A stretch of 64,000 nucleotides of DNA from Azolla caroliniana. Its lineage: Eukaryota; Plantae; Polypodiophyta. A program made the position numbers and the translations under genes. The notes under the pieces were generated by a model. It had not been told where the DNA came from. It searched no databases and saw nothing but the letters and a program-made list of their open reading frames with translations. Of this stretch, positions 23,639 through 36,500 are shown piece by piece (the first letter of the stretch is position 1; every line of letters begins with the position of its first letter). The stretch spans positions 10,230,001 to 10,294,000 of the forward strand of contig JBHGNT010000017.1 of NCBI GenBank assembly GCA_043228905.1, in the 5' to 3' direction.

Positions 23639-26600
23639 TATAAAAGAATAGTGTGCGGAAGCAATGGAAAACAGAACACAGAAATGCATGTTTAATGGAG
23701 AGCTTAGAATATACACAATACGCGAGAGATACAGAGAGAGAACACACAAAAACTTAATTCAAATTAATACTCAATCTGTACATCGTATGTGTTCAGTGAA
23801 CACTTTTATAAAAGTCCATACGGATTGATAGAGGTACGATGTACTTCACTGCTCACACGAGCGTTTGACACTAACTACGAGATATTAACTCCCTAGTAGT
23901 CTAGTTGCTACTTGGCTTCCGGTTACTGCTTGATCCGGCTAACCGGCTCCCCAGCTCACTGATCCGACTCATCCTTCCGGATGTTGATCCGGCTCAGGCT
24001 TATTCAGCCGATCCGGATCCGGTTGAGCTTGCCGCTTAACATTCCCCCTCAAGCTCAACTTGAGGTCGGATCATAGTGTTAGTCTCCATGGCAGCCGGTC
24101 CTTCCACCTGGCTCCTTCTGGCGTCACTCCACCTCACTCGCGCTCCTCATCCGGTCCCGTCCTGTTTGCCGCAACCCTTCTGATTTTGTGCACCTCGACT
24201 TCCTCGATCGGCTTGTTTGCTCAACATGCCCAATTAAACTCCCTCGCTGTTGTGACTTTGGCGCTTGCCGATTCGCCGATTCCTTCGTGTTGGCATCGAC
24301 TTTCGTTGCCTTGTCGTCCTCTTGGCCTTGAATTGATCCGGTTCTTCCAAATCCGTCTATTGAACCGAATCGGCTTTCTCCGATTCTGTTGCTCCCGATT
24401 CATCTTCCGGTTCGAGGCCCTTCACCACATCAGACCATGTCCGGGTCTTGGCCTTCTTCTTCTGGTCGACTCTGTCCTTCTTGACTCCGCCGCCGTTGCC
24501 GCTTGTTCCGACTTCTTTGGATGTGTCAAGTTCCTTTGTTGACTCGGCTCCTTTCTTCTTCTTGTCTCTCCCTTTGTCGGTTCTTCCCTTACCGGTGCAA
24601 TCGACAGTCTCGTTACCTTTGCCCGTTCTGGTGCCCGTTCTCCCCCTCAAGTGTGGCACGACGAGATGAAGTGTTGCAACTTGTCCGATCTGAGTGGTTT
24701 GGTGAAGATGTCGGCAACTTGCCGATCCGAGTGGTTTGGTGAAGATGTCGGCAAATTGCCGATCCGTATAAACATATCGAAGTTCGACTTCACCGCTCAA
24801 GACACGCTCACGCACGAAGTGATAGTGCACATGGAATACGAGATTCTTGGCGAGTTGCATGCTGTAGTCGGGACAAAGCTTTTGCTTCCGTTTCAGGGGT
24901 GTAGAGATAGGTCGGCATTCCGTCATGTCGAACTTGTACAGCATATTCAACACATAGTTTCTTTGTGAGAGCAATATGCCGTCAGGGGTTCGAATCACCT
25001 CGATCCCAAGGAAATAGTGAAGGTCCCCCAGGTCCTTCTCAAATGCGTCTGACAGCTGGGACTTGACTCAGCTGATTTCATCAAGTCCGGGTCCGATGAT
25101 GACTAGATCATCAATATACAATAAGATGCAAACAGGACAGTCCGGACATTGCCAGATGAACAACGAAGAGTCAGACCTGGAGGCCGCAAACCCCATCTTA
25201 CACAACCGGTGTGTAATCTTGGCATTCCAAGCTCGGGGGGCTTGCTTGAGGCCATAAAGTGACTTCTTCAGCCGGCATACCGTCGACTTGTTCATCTCCG
25301 TCTGGAAACCGGGAGGTTGGGTCTATGCGTATCCTTTCACCACTAACCGAGCCTTGTACCAGTTAACCGAAACGTCGACATTGTACTTAACCTTGTACAC
25401 CCACTTACATCCAATCGGTTTACATTGTCGGGGAGGGTCAACTAGGTCCCATGTGTTGTTGGCATCAAGTGCCCACATTTCCTCCTCCATAACGGCACGC
25501 GAATTTGCGTCCTTTGCCGGTTTTGTGTAGCTCTCCGGTTCACGCACTTCCGCCACCTTGGTCATGTACGCATAGTGATGCACCATGTACTCATTGTACC
25601 CGTACCGCTTTACGGGGTTTTTCTGACGGGAAGACCGACGTAACTTATCGTTACCCGGTTTGAGGCCCTTCTTGGCCGGTGCGGTCTTTGTTGCCGAAGA
25701 TCCGCCTTCATCCTTTCCAGAGTCGGACTTTCCGATCCGACTCAACGCTATCGGTTTCGTATTCTAGCATCTTCTTCTTCCCCTTCTCTTTGCGCGTTAA
25801 CTGTCTCCTCGGTTCCTTGCATGGGGAGAGCACGTCAGAGTTTCCATTACTGGCCGGTTCCTCATCCAACTCGTCATCCCGACTCAGCCACACATTCGGT
25901 CCACTTAACCAAAATGAGATCGAACTCTCTTCTAGAGTGTCGAGGTCTTCATCTTCTATCTGGACTGGTTCAGGCTCACTAGCCTCATCTTCCGGTATCG
26001 GGTCGGGGTCGGAAGTCGGAGCCGGTAAGGCATACCATGATGCCATCTCATCAAACTCAACATCCCGCCGAACTCGGACCTGCTTCGTCCGGGGGTTATA
26101 ACACTTATACCCCTTTTGCTCATGCGAGTAACCGACCAGGATGCATTTCTCCGACTTTGCATCCAACTTCCTCCACTTCTCATCCGGCACATGCACATAT
26201 GCAATACTACCGAATATCCGAAGGTGTCTCAGATTCGGCTTACGCCCGAAATATAGCTCATGCGCGGAGACCTTGACACCGATCCGGTTTTGGATGTAGA
26301 CGGTCGTCGGGACCGCCTCTGCCAAGTAGAAATGGGGCATGCTCTTCTCCTCCAGCATTGCCCTTGCTGCGTCGACAATCGACCGGTTTTTCCTTTCTGC
26401 CACACCGTTTTGCTCCGGTGTGTGTATCTACAGCTGAACTCTCTCCAAATTCCTTTTTGTTGCAGATAACTGTTGAATTGGCCGGAAAAATATTCTTTTC
26501 CGCCATCCGACCGAATGCACTTGATCTTCCTCGTCGTTTCTCGTTCAACCAGGTTTTGCAGGTTCCGGAAACACTCGAAGACTTCGTTCTTCCGCTCAAT

Positions 26601-28771
26601 GCGGTAGATCCATGTGTGCCGGCTGTAGTCGTCAATGAAGGAGACGAAATACCGACTCCCGCCAAGACTAACGTTCTGTGTCGGTCCCCATACATCTGAA
26701 TGAATAAGGTCGAGCTTGTTACAGCTACGGTTTCGTTCGATGGGGAATGGAAGCCGGTGTTGCTTCCCAAGTTGGCACGCTTCACATATTTCGGCCTTCC
26801 GGCCACTGAACTTCGGCAAACCGAAAACAACTTGTTTCGTTTGCAAGTCTTGAAGCCTCCGGTAATTGACGTGGCTGATCCGCTTGTGCCACAGGTCGAT
26901 GTCCGATTCGACATTCTGTCCTTTGGCGAACAAAGCGGTGCTGATGTCATTGGTGTCAAGGATGAACATCGTCCCATCTCTGCGCCCTTGCGCAATGATC
27001 TGGCCTTCTTCCTCGATGAAGCACCCAAGGTGCGTAAACGATCAGACCGACTGACACCAGGTTCTTCGTGATAGTCGGAATGTGTAATACGTTCATTAGC
27101 TTCCCCCTTTGTCCGACGTGGCTCAAAGGGACTTCTCTGACATGCACGATTGGGTGAGGAGTGTCGTCTCCGGTTTCAACGACCCCGGATTGTTCCGATT
27201 TCTCCAAAAAAGAGAACCACTCTTTGTGGCTCGTCATGTGACTCGATGCACCGGAATCAACGTACCACACTTCGTCCGATTTGGAAGTGGTCTTCTTCAT
27301 CGAGTTAGCCTCGTGTTTCATCACCAAGGTTGGCCCTTTACCGGCTTTTCCGGTTTTGGATCCTCCTGATCCTTTTGGGTAATGCGAGTATTGTTGGTTC
27401 TCTTTGTCAGCCTTGCCGGATCCGGATCTGTCTGAATCGGCGTGCTTCTTCCAGCACTCACTTTCTCTGTGGCCCTTTTTACCACAGTACTAGCATTCCG
27501 TGTCGGTCTTTGCTTGCCGGCCTCTGACACCACCTTGACTCCCCCTACTTGTGGAGGGTTCGGAACTGTTATCGGCATGATCTCTATGCCTTCGGTCCTA
27601 CTCTTGCCGTCCGCTACCATTGCGAGCCGACCCGCCTCGTCCACCACGTCCATGGGGCCGGTCCGCCTCCGTGTACAACATCCGGCTGTTGGTGGGTGCA
27701 CTTGTTGACACACCGACGTGGTTCTCCTCCACAAGGAGCATCGACTGTAAGTTGAAAAAGGACGGCGTATTCTCCTGTGTACACACACCAGTTCGGAATG
27801 CTCTGAACTTCGATGCCAGTCCCCCGAGACAGATCTGCACCATCTCGCCTTCCTCGACGTTCACATCGATAGAGGCTAAGGATTTGCATATCTCTTTGAT
27901 CTTCGAGGTGTAATCAGCAACCGACAAGTCGTGTTGTTGTTAGTTGCTCAGCTCCTGTCGGAGTTGAAGCTTCCTGGCTGTGGTGCTTGCGGCGAAAATC
28001 TTCTTTAGATTTCCCCAAGCATCCTTTGGTGTTTTCGCATGCCGAATATAGCTCAGAAGTTGTTCGCCCACACAAGACACGAAGCAGTACAATACTTTGC
28101 TCACCGACTGTTCCCACACCAGGAAATCTCTGGGTGTCCATTCGGGTGTTGGGTCATTTGCTCCGTCAACATAGCTCCAGTAACTGTGCCCGAGCAGGTA
28201 TTGGTGCATCTTGTAGGACCAAGATGCGTAGTTGTTTCTGTCGAGCTTCTCCGTCGGAAGCGACCTAACCATGCCTCTATCCATCGGTATTTACCTGTTC
28301 TTCTTGGTTGGTTTTCTTTTCAAGCTATGTTGGCTGTAGAGGTTCTCAACCCTGGCGCTCGGATACCATGTAAGTGAATAGCATGCAGAAGCAATGGAAA
28401 AAAGAACACAGAAACGCAGGTTTAATGGAGAGCTTAGAATATACACAATACGCGGGAGAGACAGAGAGAGAACACACAAAAACTTAATTCAAAATAATAC
28501 TCAATCTGTACATCGTATGTGTTCAGTGAACACTTTTATACAAGTCCATACGGACTGACAGAGGTACGGTGTACTTCAATGCTCACACGAGCGTCTGACA
28601 CTAACTACGAAATATTAACTCCCTAGTAGTCTAGCTGCTACTTGGCTTCCAGTTATTGCTTGATCCGGCTAACCGGCTCCCTAGCTCACTGATCCGGCTC
28701 ATCCTTCCGGATGTCGATCCGGCTTAGGCTTATTCAGCCGATCCGGATCCAGTTGAGCTTGCCGCTCAACA
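23639..28771 (-). mobile_element. Copia C1: both LTRs present, frameshifted and internally deleted
   Basis: 403-bp LTRs 23639-24041 and 28369-28771; TSD ATATC; PBS TGGTATCCGAGC 28357-28368; PPT 24042-24053; gag (27940..28284), protease WYVDSGAS, integrase, RT and RNase H fragments. Confidence 0.95.
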
Positions 28772-30104
28772 ATATCCTACAGTGCTGAACTTTGCAAAGT
28801 TTTGCGAGACAAAAGAGGACTTTAACAACATATATGCTCTGTCACTAGAGGGTATTGACCCTACTGTTCTAACAAATAAATTGATTAGTGATGTGAACTG
28901 GTTGTCAGTCTATAAAGTGCCCAAAGTGAAAGGCAATGTGAAGCTCAAGCATGTACGACCGGAGTTGTATGACGACTGCATGAGGCTCCACTAGAAAGTA
29001 CATCAAGAGATCCCGGTCAACAACGAGTTGTTCGTTGCATTCATGAGAGCTTTTGCATACAAGTATTGCAAAACAATGAAGGAAGCAACGAACCCTGAAA
29101 TGTACAGGGTAGCTTGGGCTATTTATGGTGAGGCATCGGTAGAACGATGCCAAAAGATGGGGAACTTGCAACAAAAAATGGCAAGATTTTGGAGCATGGT
29201 AGTTGATGATCCAACTGCTGACTACCAACAAACCCGCAAGTATACACCACACAGAAACACAATGAAAGCCAATGTCGATGATATAGATGAGACATTGATA
29301 CCCTGTGAGACATTAGAGGCAACAAAGACTGATTTAGAGAAAGCAACATTGGCTGCTACGATGGAGAGCAAAGTCACTTTTGCAATGACAAAAATCAGAA
29401 ATAAGATTCAAGTAGTTATTGTTTTGCTAGTATGTAACATGTTATAAATAACTTGTACATGAAAAAATGTGCTTAGTGAGGCATTATCTAGAACAAGTTG
29501 CTCAACATGAGCTCGAAATTGAGGGGTTGTTGGATCTCCAATGAAAAATACCACTACAGACAGAGATCCAGGTTCTTTCAGTGAACTTCGACCTTCTAGG
29601 TGTAAATACTGTCACTGATTACAATTTGGAGAACCTCCAAGTAGGTTAATGATTCTTGTTTCTTGTTGTTCTATCTTCCTCATTAGGGAATGAGAAATCG
29701 GTAATTTCTCGATTGCGTTCTAGGAACAATACTCCCGTCAAGAACAAGTAGTTAGCTGCCTTAAGAAGCAACTAAATTTTGTGGAGGGGATGGTACAGAG
29801 CAGACAAGAATTGGACCTCAACTTCTTGCTCCCTTACCAAACAAAGGAGAACCAGGCAACGATATATTGACTATTCAAGCACGTTGCATCGCATGCGGCT
29901 TAAGTATAGAGGACAAAACTACTACTCTGTTGGTACCCCTACGACTATGCTAGCACACATACCATATCGTTTGTTTTCAATATGCATGTCACATTGTTGT
30001 AGTCTGTTTGGGGGATTGCAATATAGCTCTCCCATATGAGTGGACAAAACTGACAGGTAAAATTGTTGCTTGTGTCTATACTCTAGAATAAAGTGTTACA
30101 TCTT

Positions 30105-30590
30105 AGCTAATTAGCTAAGCCATATAGAGTGTGGTAGTTATTTAGTTGTTATGGTTCAGTAGTGTCGAGCTAGTTAGCTACAACCTAGGTATTAGCCAAT
30201 TTGCCCAGCTGTAGGTAATTAGCTACTATCAATCTATAGTCTAGCAGCTAATTAGCTACTATAGCCTATAGTGTAATTAGTTACTACCATACTGCCATAG
30301 TGAAGAAGAATAGTTAAGTGGTAGCTAATTAGCTACTGCCATAGTTAGGAAGAATGGCTAATTAGCTACTACCAATCTATAGCCTAGCAACTATTTAGCT
30401 AAGATGTAGCTAATTAGCTTCGATGTAGCTAATTAGCTACTGCTAATCTAAAGACATCAGCTATTTAGCTAAGCAACATCACAAGTGGTAGCTAATTAGC
30501 TATTGCCATAGTTGGGAAGAATAGCTAATTCGCTAAGATGTAGCTAATTAGCTACTACCAACCTATAGTTTAGCAGCTAATTAGCTAAGT
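30105..30590. repeat. Minisatellite-like cluster of palindromic TAGCTAATTAGCTA motifs
   Basis: Roughly 8 or more exact or near copies of AGCTAATTAGCT at irregular spacing. Confidence 0.8.
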
Positions 30591-33500
30591 TCATAGAAAA
30601 ACACAAGAGAAGCCGCTAAGTAGTTGACATGTTGTAGAATCTCGTGGATTTAGGAGGTTGCATGAGGTGTTTGGTGCCGATGATGCCGCAACCGATGAGG
30701 AGATAGCTGGCAACGTGGCTGAAAGTAAGAGCCCTGCTATCACATCTCCTTCAGATCAACTCCACCCTATTCTTTTGGAAGATTGTACTAAATTAGATAA
30801 CATTGTGAAAAACCATGAAATATTGGAAACATCATGTAAATCTTAGGTTCATAACAACAATGTTTTTGAATACTTGATGCAACATTTCTTTGAATCCCAA
30901 AACCTTGATTCAACCCCACCGAGCCTAACTGTTGATGATGTCCCATCAGATCCCATTGTACTTGAAAAGCTATCGCAAGACACGGATGGAAAGGTTATCG
31001 GAGGAGCACACACTTGCACAATGGGTGAAAGAAGCAAGGCTAAAAGGGCAATTGGCTAGAAAAAGGATGAAGAAGGGGCCACGATTGGGGACAAGGACAA
31101 TTACTTGATCAAGGGGCTCTTGAATTGGAGCTAATTACTACCAATTACTGATTAGTGGGATATGATTGTTAGCTATTTTCCTAGAAAATTATGAAGATGG
31201 CCTATGGTCTATTTGGACAAGTAACACCTCAGATAGGTTGTTGCTTGATTCACATTATGTAATGGAACTCTATGATGGATATTAAGATTATTTTTTTATT
31301 GTTGAATATTTCATGTTCATTATGTTGTTTTGTGAGACTGTTAACTACTTTGTGAGTGTGAATATGTTGGTGATTTCTGATGTTGCAAAGTCTAAAGTGT
31401 TTGAATCTATGGCTGCTAAGGCCGATGGTAGTGTGGAAACTTGTAAAAGATAATGTGCGGAAGCTAGTAGATGAAACTGGTTACACTAGTTAGCAACAGA
31501 GAATAAATATAGGTTTAATGGTAACCATACACGGGAGAGACAGAGAGAGCAGACCAGTCAACTCAATTCAAAATAATAATACTCTGTACATACAATGTTC
31601 TTTGTGAGCACTTATACGGATTGACAGAAGTACTAAAAAGTACTTCAATGCTCATACGAGCAACAGACACTGACTTCCAAAAATATGCCTACGTACTAGG
31701 CCAGATTTGTAGGCCTCTAACGGCCTACCGCTTACAATCCGATCTGGTTCTCCAAAGAAGGCTCTTGGTTCCAGACACCTACCCGGTTCTCCATTCCGGA
31801 TACCGATTCGGATCCGGTTGAGCTTGTCCGCTCAACACTCCCCTTGGCTTCCTCCTGCCATGCTCGCGCCCCTCGACCCGTTCAATTTTGCTTTCCACGA
31901 CTCGTCCGGTCCCGCACACCTCTTCTTCAGAATCAGCTATCTCTGATTCGTTCCAGCTCTTGTCCAAATTGGCTGTCTCCAACTCGTCCTCAATCTTCAA
32001 ACCCTTCACAACATCAGACCATGTCCGTGTCTTGGTCTTCCCGGCTTTGCCTCCCCCTTTTTCGATTGGCTTCATCTTGGGTTCTCCGTTCCGGTGGCTC
32101 CCCCTACGTCCGGTCTCCACTTCCTCAGTCGTCCCATGCACCCCGACTTCTTTAGTCGGGCCGAACTCGAAACCGTTTTCTGCTTCCTCCTTTCACTCCT
32201 CCCCCTCAAGTTCGGCATATCGAGGTATATGCACACCCAGTGCACCGGAAAATTGCCACAACTTCTCCGTCGAAACATGTAGCAATCCACTTCACCGGAG
32301 AGCACGCGCTTGCAGACAAAGTGGTAGTGCACCTCGATGTGCTTAGTCCGGGCGTGAAAGATGGCGTTCTTCTCTAACTGGATGTTGCTGAGGTTGTCAC
32401 AATAGATCGTCGTTGGGTCAGACACCTCCACTTACAGATCCTTTGGAAGCCTCTTGAGCCAGATGGCTTCGCATGTCGCGACAACCGCTCCTCGGTACTC
32501 AACCTCAATGCTCGACAATGCAACTGTTGGTTGCTTCTTATTGCTCTAGGCGACCACGGCGCTTCCATGTGAAAACACATATCCAGATGTAGACTTATGG
32601 TCACCGGCATTTCCGGCCCAATCGACATCCGTATAGCCGACAAGTTGTTCGGCTACACCAGCCCAATATAGCAACCCCCAATCCTTAGTGCTACTGACGT
32701 ATCTCAAGATTTGGTGCACGCATTGAAGGTGCTCCACAGTCGGATGCGCCATAAATTGACTAATCAATCCGATCGGATAACTGAGGTATGGTCAGGTGAT
32801 AGTCGGATAGATAAGGCTTCCGACTATCTGTTGGAACCTTTTCGGATCACATGTCGTTCCAGAGTCGGGGCGAAACTTCACATTCCAGTTCAGAGGAGTC
32901 GAGACGGATTTTCATTCTATCATACCGAATTTGAAGAGCATACTCAACACATAATGCCGTTGACTAATCAGTATGCCCTTTGGGGTGCGGATCACTTCGA
33001 TGCCAAGGAAGTAATGAAGATCCCCAAGATCCTTCATGTCGAATGATGCTGAAAGTTGGAACTTTACGAGACCGATTTCGTCAAGGTCGGTGTTGGCGAT
33101 AACTAAATCATCAACAAAAAGTAAAATACTAACCGGACCGTTCCGACTTTGCCGGATGAAAAGTGAAGGGTCTGATTTCAACGGAGCAAACTTGTGAAAG
33201 ATTATGTGCGGAAGCAATAGAAAATGAACACAGAGAAAATATGCAGGTTTAATGGAGAGCTTGAATATACACAGTATGCGGGAGAGACAAAGAGAGAACG
33301 GAAAAAGAAAACAATTCAAAAAATACTAACTCTATGCATAGGATGTGCTCAATGAGCACTTTTATACAAGCCCTAACAATCGGGCTGACACAAGTACTGA
33401 CAGTACTTGACTGCTCATAAGTGAGCCTCGACACTCACTCCCAAAATTATTCCTTTACAAGGAATATCTCTCTAACGGCCCTTCGGTTTACGCACCGATA

Positions 33501-36500
33501 CGACCTTTCGTTACGCACCGGTTTGTGTACCAGATTACGCATCCGTTTTACACACTGGTTCAGCCTAACCAATCGGTCCCAACCGATCCGATCCTTGGCT
33601 TGCTTAGCCGATCCGGCCGATGTTGAGCTTATCTCTCAACACTCCCCCTCAAGCTCAACTTGAGGCTCTTCGGGATCTTCCGGATCACCGCTCTGGTTCC
33701 TCCTGGCTCCACGCCTCGCTCGCGCTCCTCGGCCTGTTCGACTCCGCGCGCTTTGACCCTTCCGGTCGGCTTGTCTGCTCCAACGTCCCTTCACAGCTCC
33801 CTTGCTGTCGTGGTGTTGGCGCTTCTCCTACTGCCTTCTTTTCCGCTTGGCCCTCGGTTGATTCAGTGTATCTGAATCAAACATCCGAACCGACTCAGCT
33901 ACCTCCAATCGGTTTTTGCTCTCGTCCAAGTTGGTTGTCTCCAACTCGTCTTCGGTCTTCTCGCCCTTGACGACGTCATCTCCCCCATGCTTCAGCTCTT
34001 TCTTTCGGTTGTTCCCCTTATGTCCGCTTCCAGACTCTTCCGCAGATCCGCCCTCGGCTTCTTCAGTTGATCCGAAGTCGAATTTTTCATCCGACTCGGC
34101 GTCATGGTCTTTTCCGCTCCTTTCCTACTCCCTTCCGTGGTCATCCGGGATATCTCTCCCCCTCAAGTTCGGCACGTCGAGGTGACACAGCCCAAGCGCA
34201 CCCGAGAACTCCCACAACTTGTCCAGACCAAGGGGCTTGGTGAAGATGTCGACAGTTTGCCGATCCGTCGAAACATACTGAAGTTCGACTTCACCAGAAA
34301 GGACACGTTCATAGACAAAATGGTAGTGCACCTCAATGTGCTTGGGCCATGCGTGGAAAACGGGGTTCTTCGTGAGCTGGATGCTGATAAGGTTGTTGCA
34401 GTAGATGGTTGTCGGATCAGACACCTCCTCTTGTAGGTCCTTAAGTAGCCGCTTCAACCATATGGCTTCGCATGTCGCGACATCCGCTCCTCGGTACTCA
34501 GATTCGGTGCTCGACAGTGCAACTTTCGGCTGCTTCTTACTGCTCCATGCTATCGCGGCACTCCCAAGAGAGAACGTGTATCTGGACGTGGATTGGCGAT
34601 CAGCGGCGTTGCCAGCCCAATCAGCATCAGTGTAGCCGACCAACTACGAGGTTGTACCGGTTCGATATAGCAGTCCCCGGTCCTTAGTGCCGCTTACGTA
34701 CCGCAGTACGCGTTGTGCACACTGAAGGTGCTCCTCGGTAGGTCGGGCCATGAACTGACTAATCACCCCGACCGGATAACTTAGATCAAGTCGGGTGATT
34801 GTCAAGTAGATAAGGCTTCCGACAATTTGTCGGAACCTCGTCGGGTCGTATACCTGTTTGGAATTGGGGCGAAGCTTGACGGTTCTATCCAGAGGAGTCG
34901 AGACGGACTTATAGTTGGCCATCCCGAATTTGAAGAGCATACTTAGCACATAATGGCGTTGGCTAATCAATATGCCTTCGGGGGTACAGATCACTTCGAT
35001 CCCAAGGAAGTAATGAAGATCCCTCAGATCCTTCATGTCGAATGATGCCACAAGCTAGAGCTTCACGCGGTCGATTTCACCTAGATCGGCGCCGGTGATG
35101 ACCAAGCCATCAACATATAGTAAAATACTGACCGGACCGAGTCGACCTTTCCAGATGAACATGGAACAGTCCGATTTTGATGTTGCAAAGCCCATCCGAC
35201 GCAGTTGCTACATGATCTTCGCATTCCAGGCACGCGGGGCTTGCTTCAGTCTGTAAAGGGACTTCTTCAATCAGCACACCGTCGACGTGTTCTGTCCGGA
35301 GTGAAATCCGAGGGGTTGTACCATGTGCACCTATTCCTCAAGCTCACCTTGCAGGAACACATTCTTTACATCCATCTGATGTAAGTGCCACCCCTTTGCT
35401 GCAGCTACCGCGAGCAACACACGGACGGTCGTCATCTTCGCGACCGGCGCAAACGACTCATCGTAGTCGATGCCGTGTTTCTACGCGTAGCCTTTTGCCA
35501 CTAACCGGGCCTTGTATCGGTTGACCGAGCCGTCGGTGTTGTACTTGACCTTGTACACCCACCTACATCCGATTGGCTTCACACCTTTGGTGTGTCAACC
35601 AAGTTCCAGGTCTCGTTTTCCGCCAATGCGTTCATCTCTTCCTCCATCGCGGCACGCCAATTCGCGTCCTTAGCCGCTTCTGCGTAGCTCTCCGGCTCAC
35701 GCACTTCCACTACACGGGTCATGTACGCATAATGATGCGCCATGTACTCGTTGTATCCGAATCGCACAACTAGGTTCTTCTGGCGGGTAGATCGGCGTAA
35801 TCAGTCATTAGCCAATGTCGAGGTCTTCCCGGCCGACGCGAACTTCGTTCTTGAAGACCCGTCACCACTTCCCTCGGAGTCGGACTCGCGTTGGTCTGAC
35901 TCGTTCCTATCCGTCCCGGAATCCGACACCTTCTTCTTCCCTTTCACTTTGTGCATAAGCCATCTCCTCGGCTTCCTGCGCGGGGAATGCACGACCGAGT
36001 CTCCACTACTCGCCGACTCTTCATCGGACTGGTCAAACCGACTCAGTCGTCCATGCAATCCACTTAACCGAAACGAAATCAGACTCTCTTCGCAAGTCCC
36101 GATTTCAAGCTCATCCGGAGGCATCTCGGCCTCGCTGACCTCATCGTTAGAACTCGGATTGGAGGTGAGGTCCGGAGTCAGAGGCAAGTACCAGGACGCA
36201 GACTCATCAAACACAACGTCGCGGCTCACGCGCGCTTGTTTGGTGCGTGGGTTATAACACTTATAACCCTTCTGCTCGTCCGAGTAACCGACCAAGATAC
36301 ATTTCTCGGCCTTTGCGTCCAGCTTCCTCCGTTTCTCCTTCGGCACATGCACATACGCAATGCTACCGAAAACTCATAAGTGTCGCAAGTTCGGGTTCGT
36401 TCCGAAATATAGCTCGTGCGCCGACGCTTTGTCTCCGATCCAGTTCTAGATGTATACCGCGGTCCTTACCGCCTCGGCCCAGTAGAACTTCGGCAAACTC

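Larger units (their letters stand above)
23619..31059 (+). pseudogene. Intron-containing gene remnant of unknown function, interrupted by copia C1
   Basis: Acceptor TTTCAG at 23618; WLIPPY|PTVLNFAKF reads across the TSD; ORFs 28782..28994 and 29028..29447 and ORFs 30658..30846 and 30874..31059 are each in frame, separated by single stops. Confidence 0.55.

Noticed and set aside
31437-33192. Same flank AAACT before the LTRs at 31442 and 33193, suggesting one element
   Set aside because: Both are left flanks of different LTR subtypes; the 33193 LTR pairs with 50099-50533. Probably coincidence or target preference.
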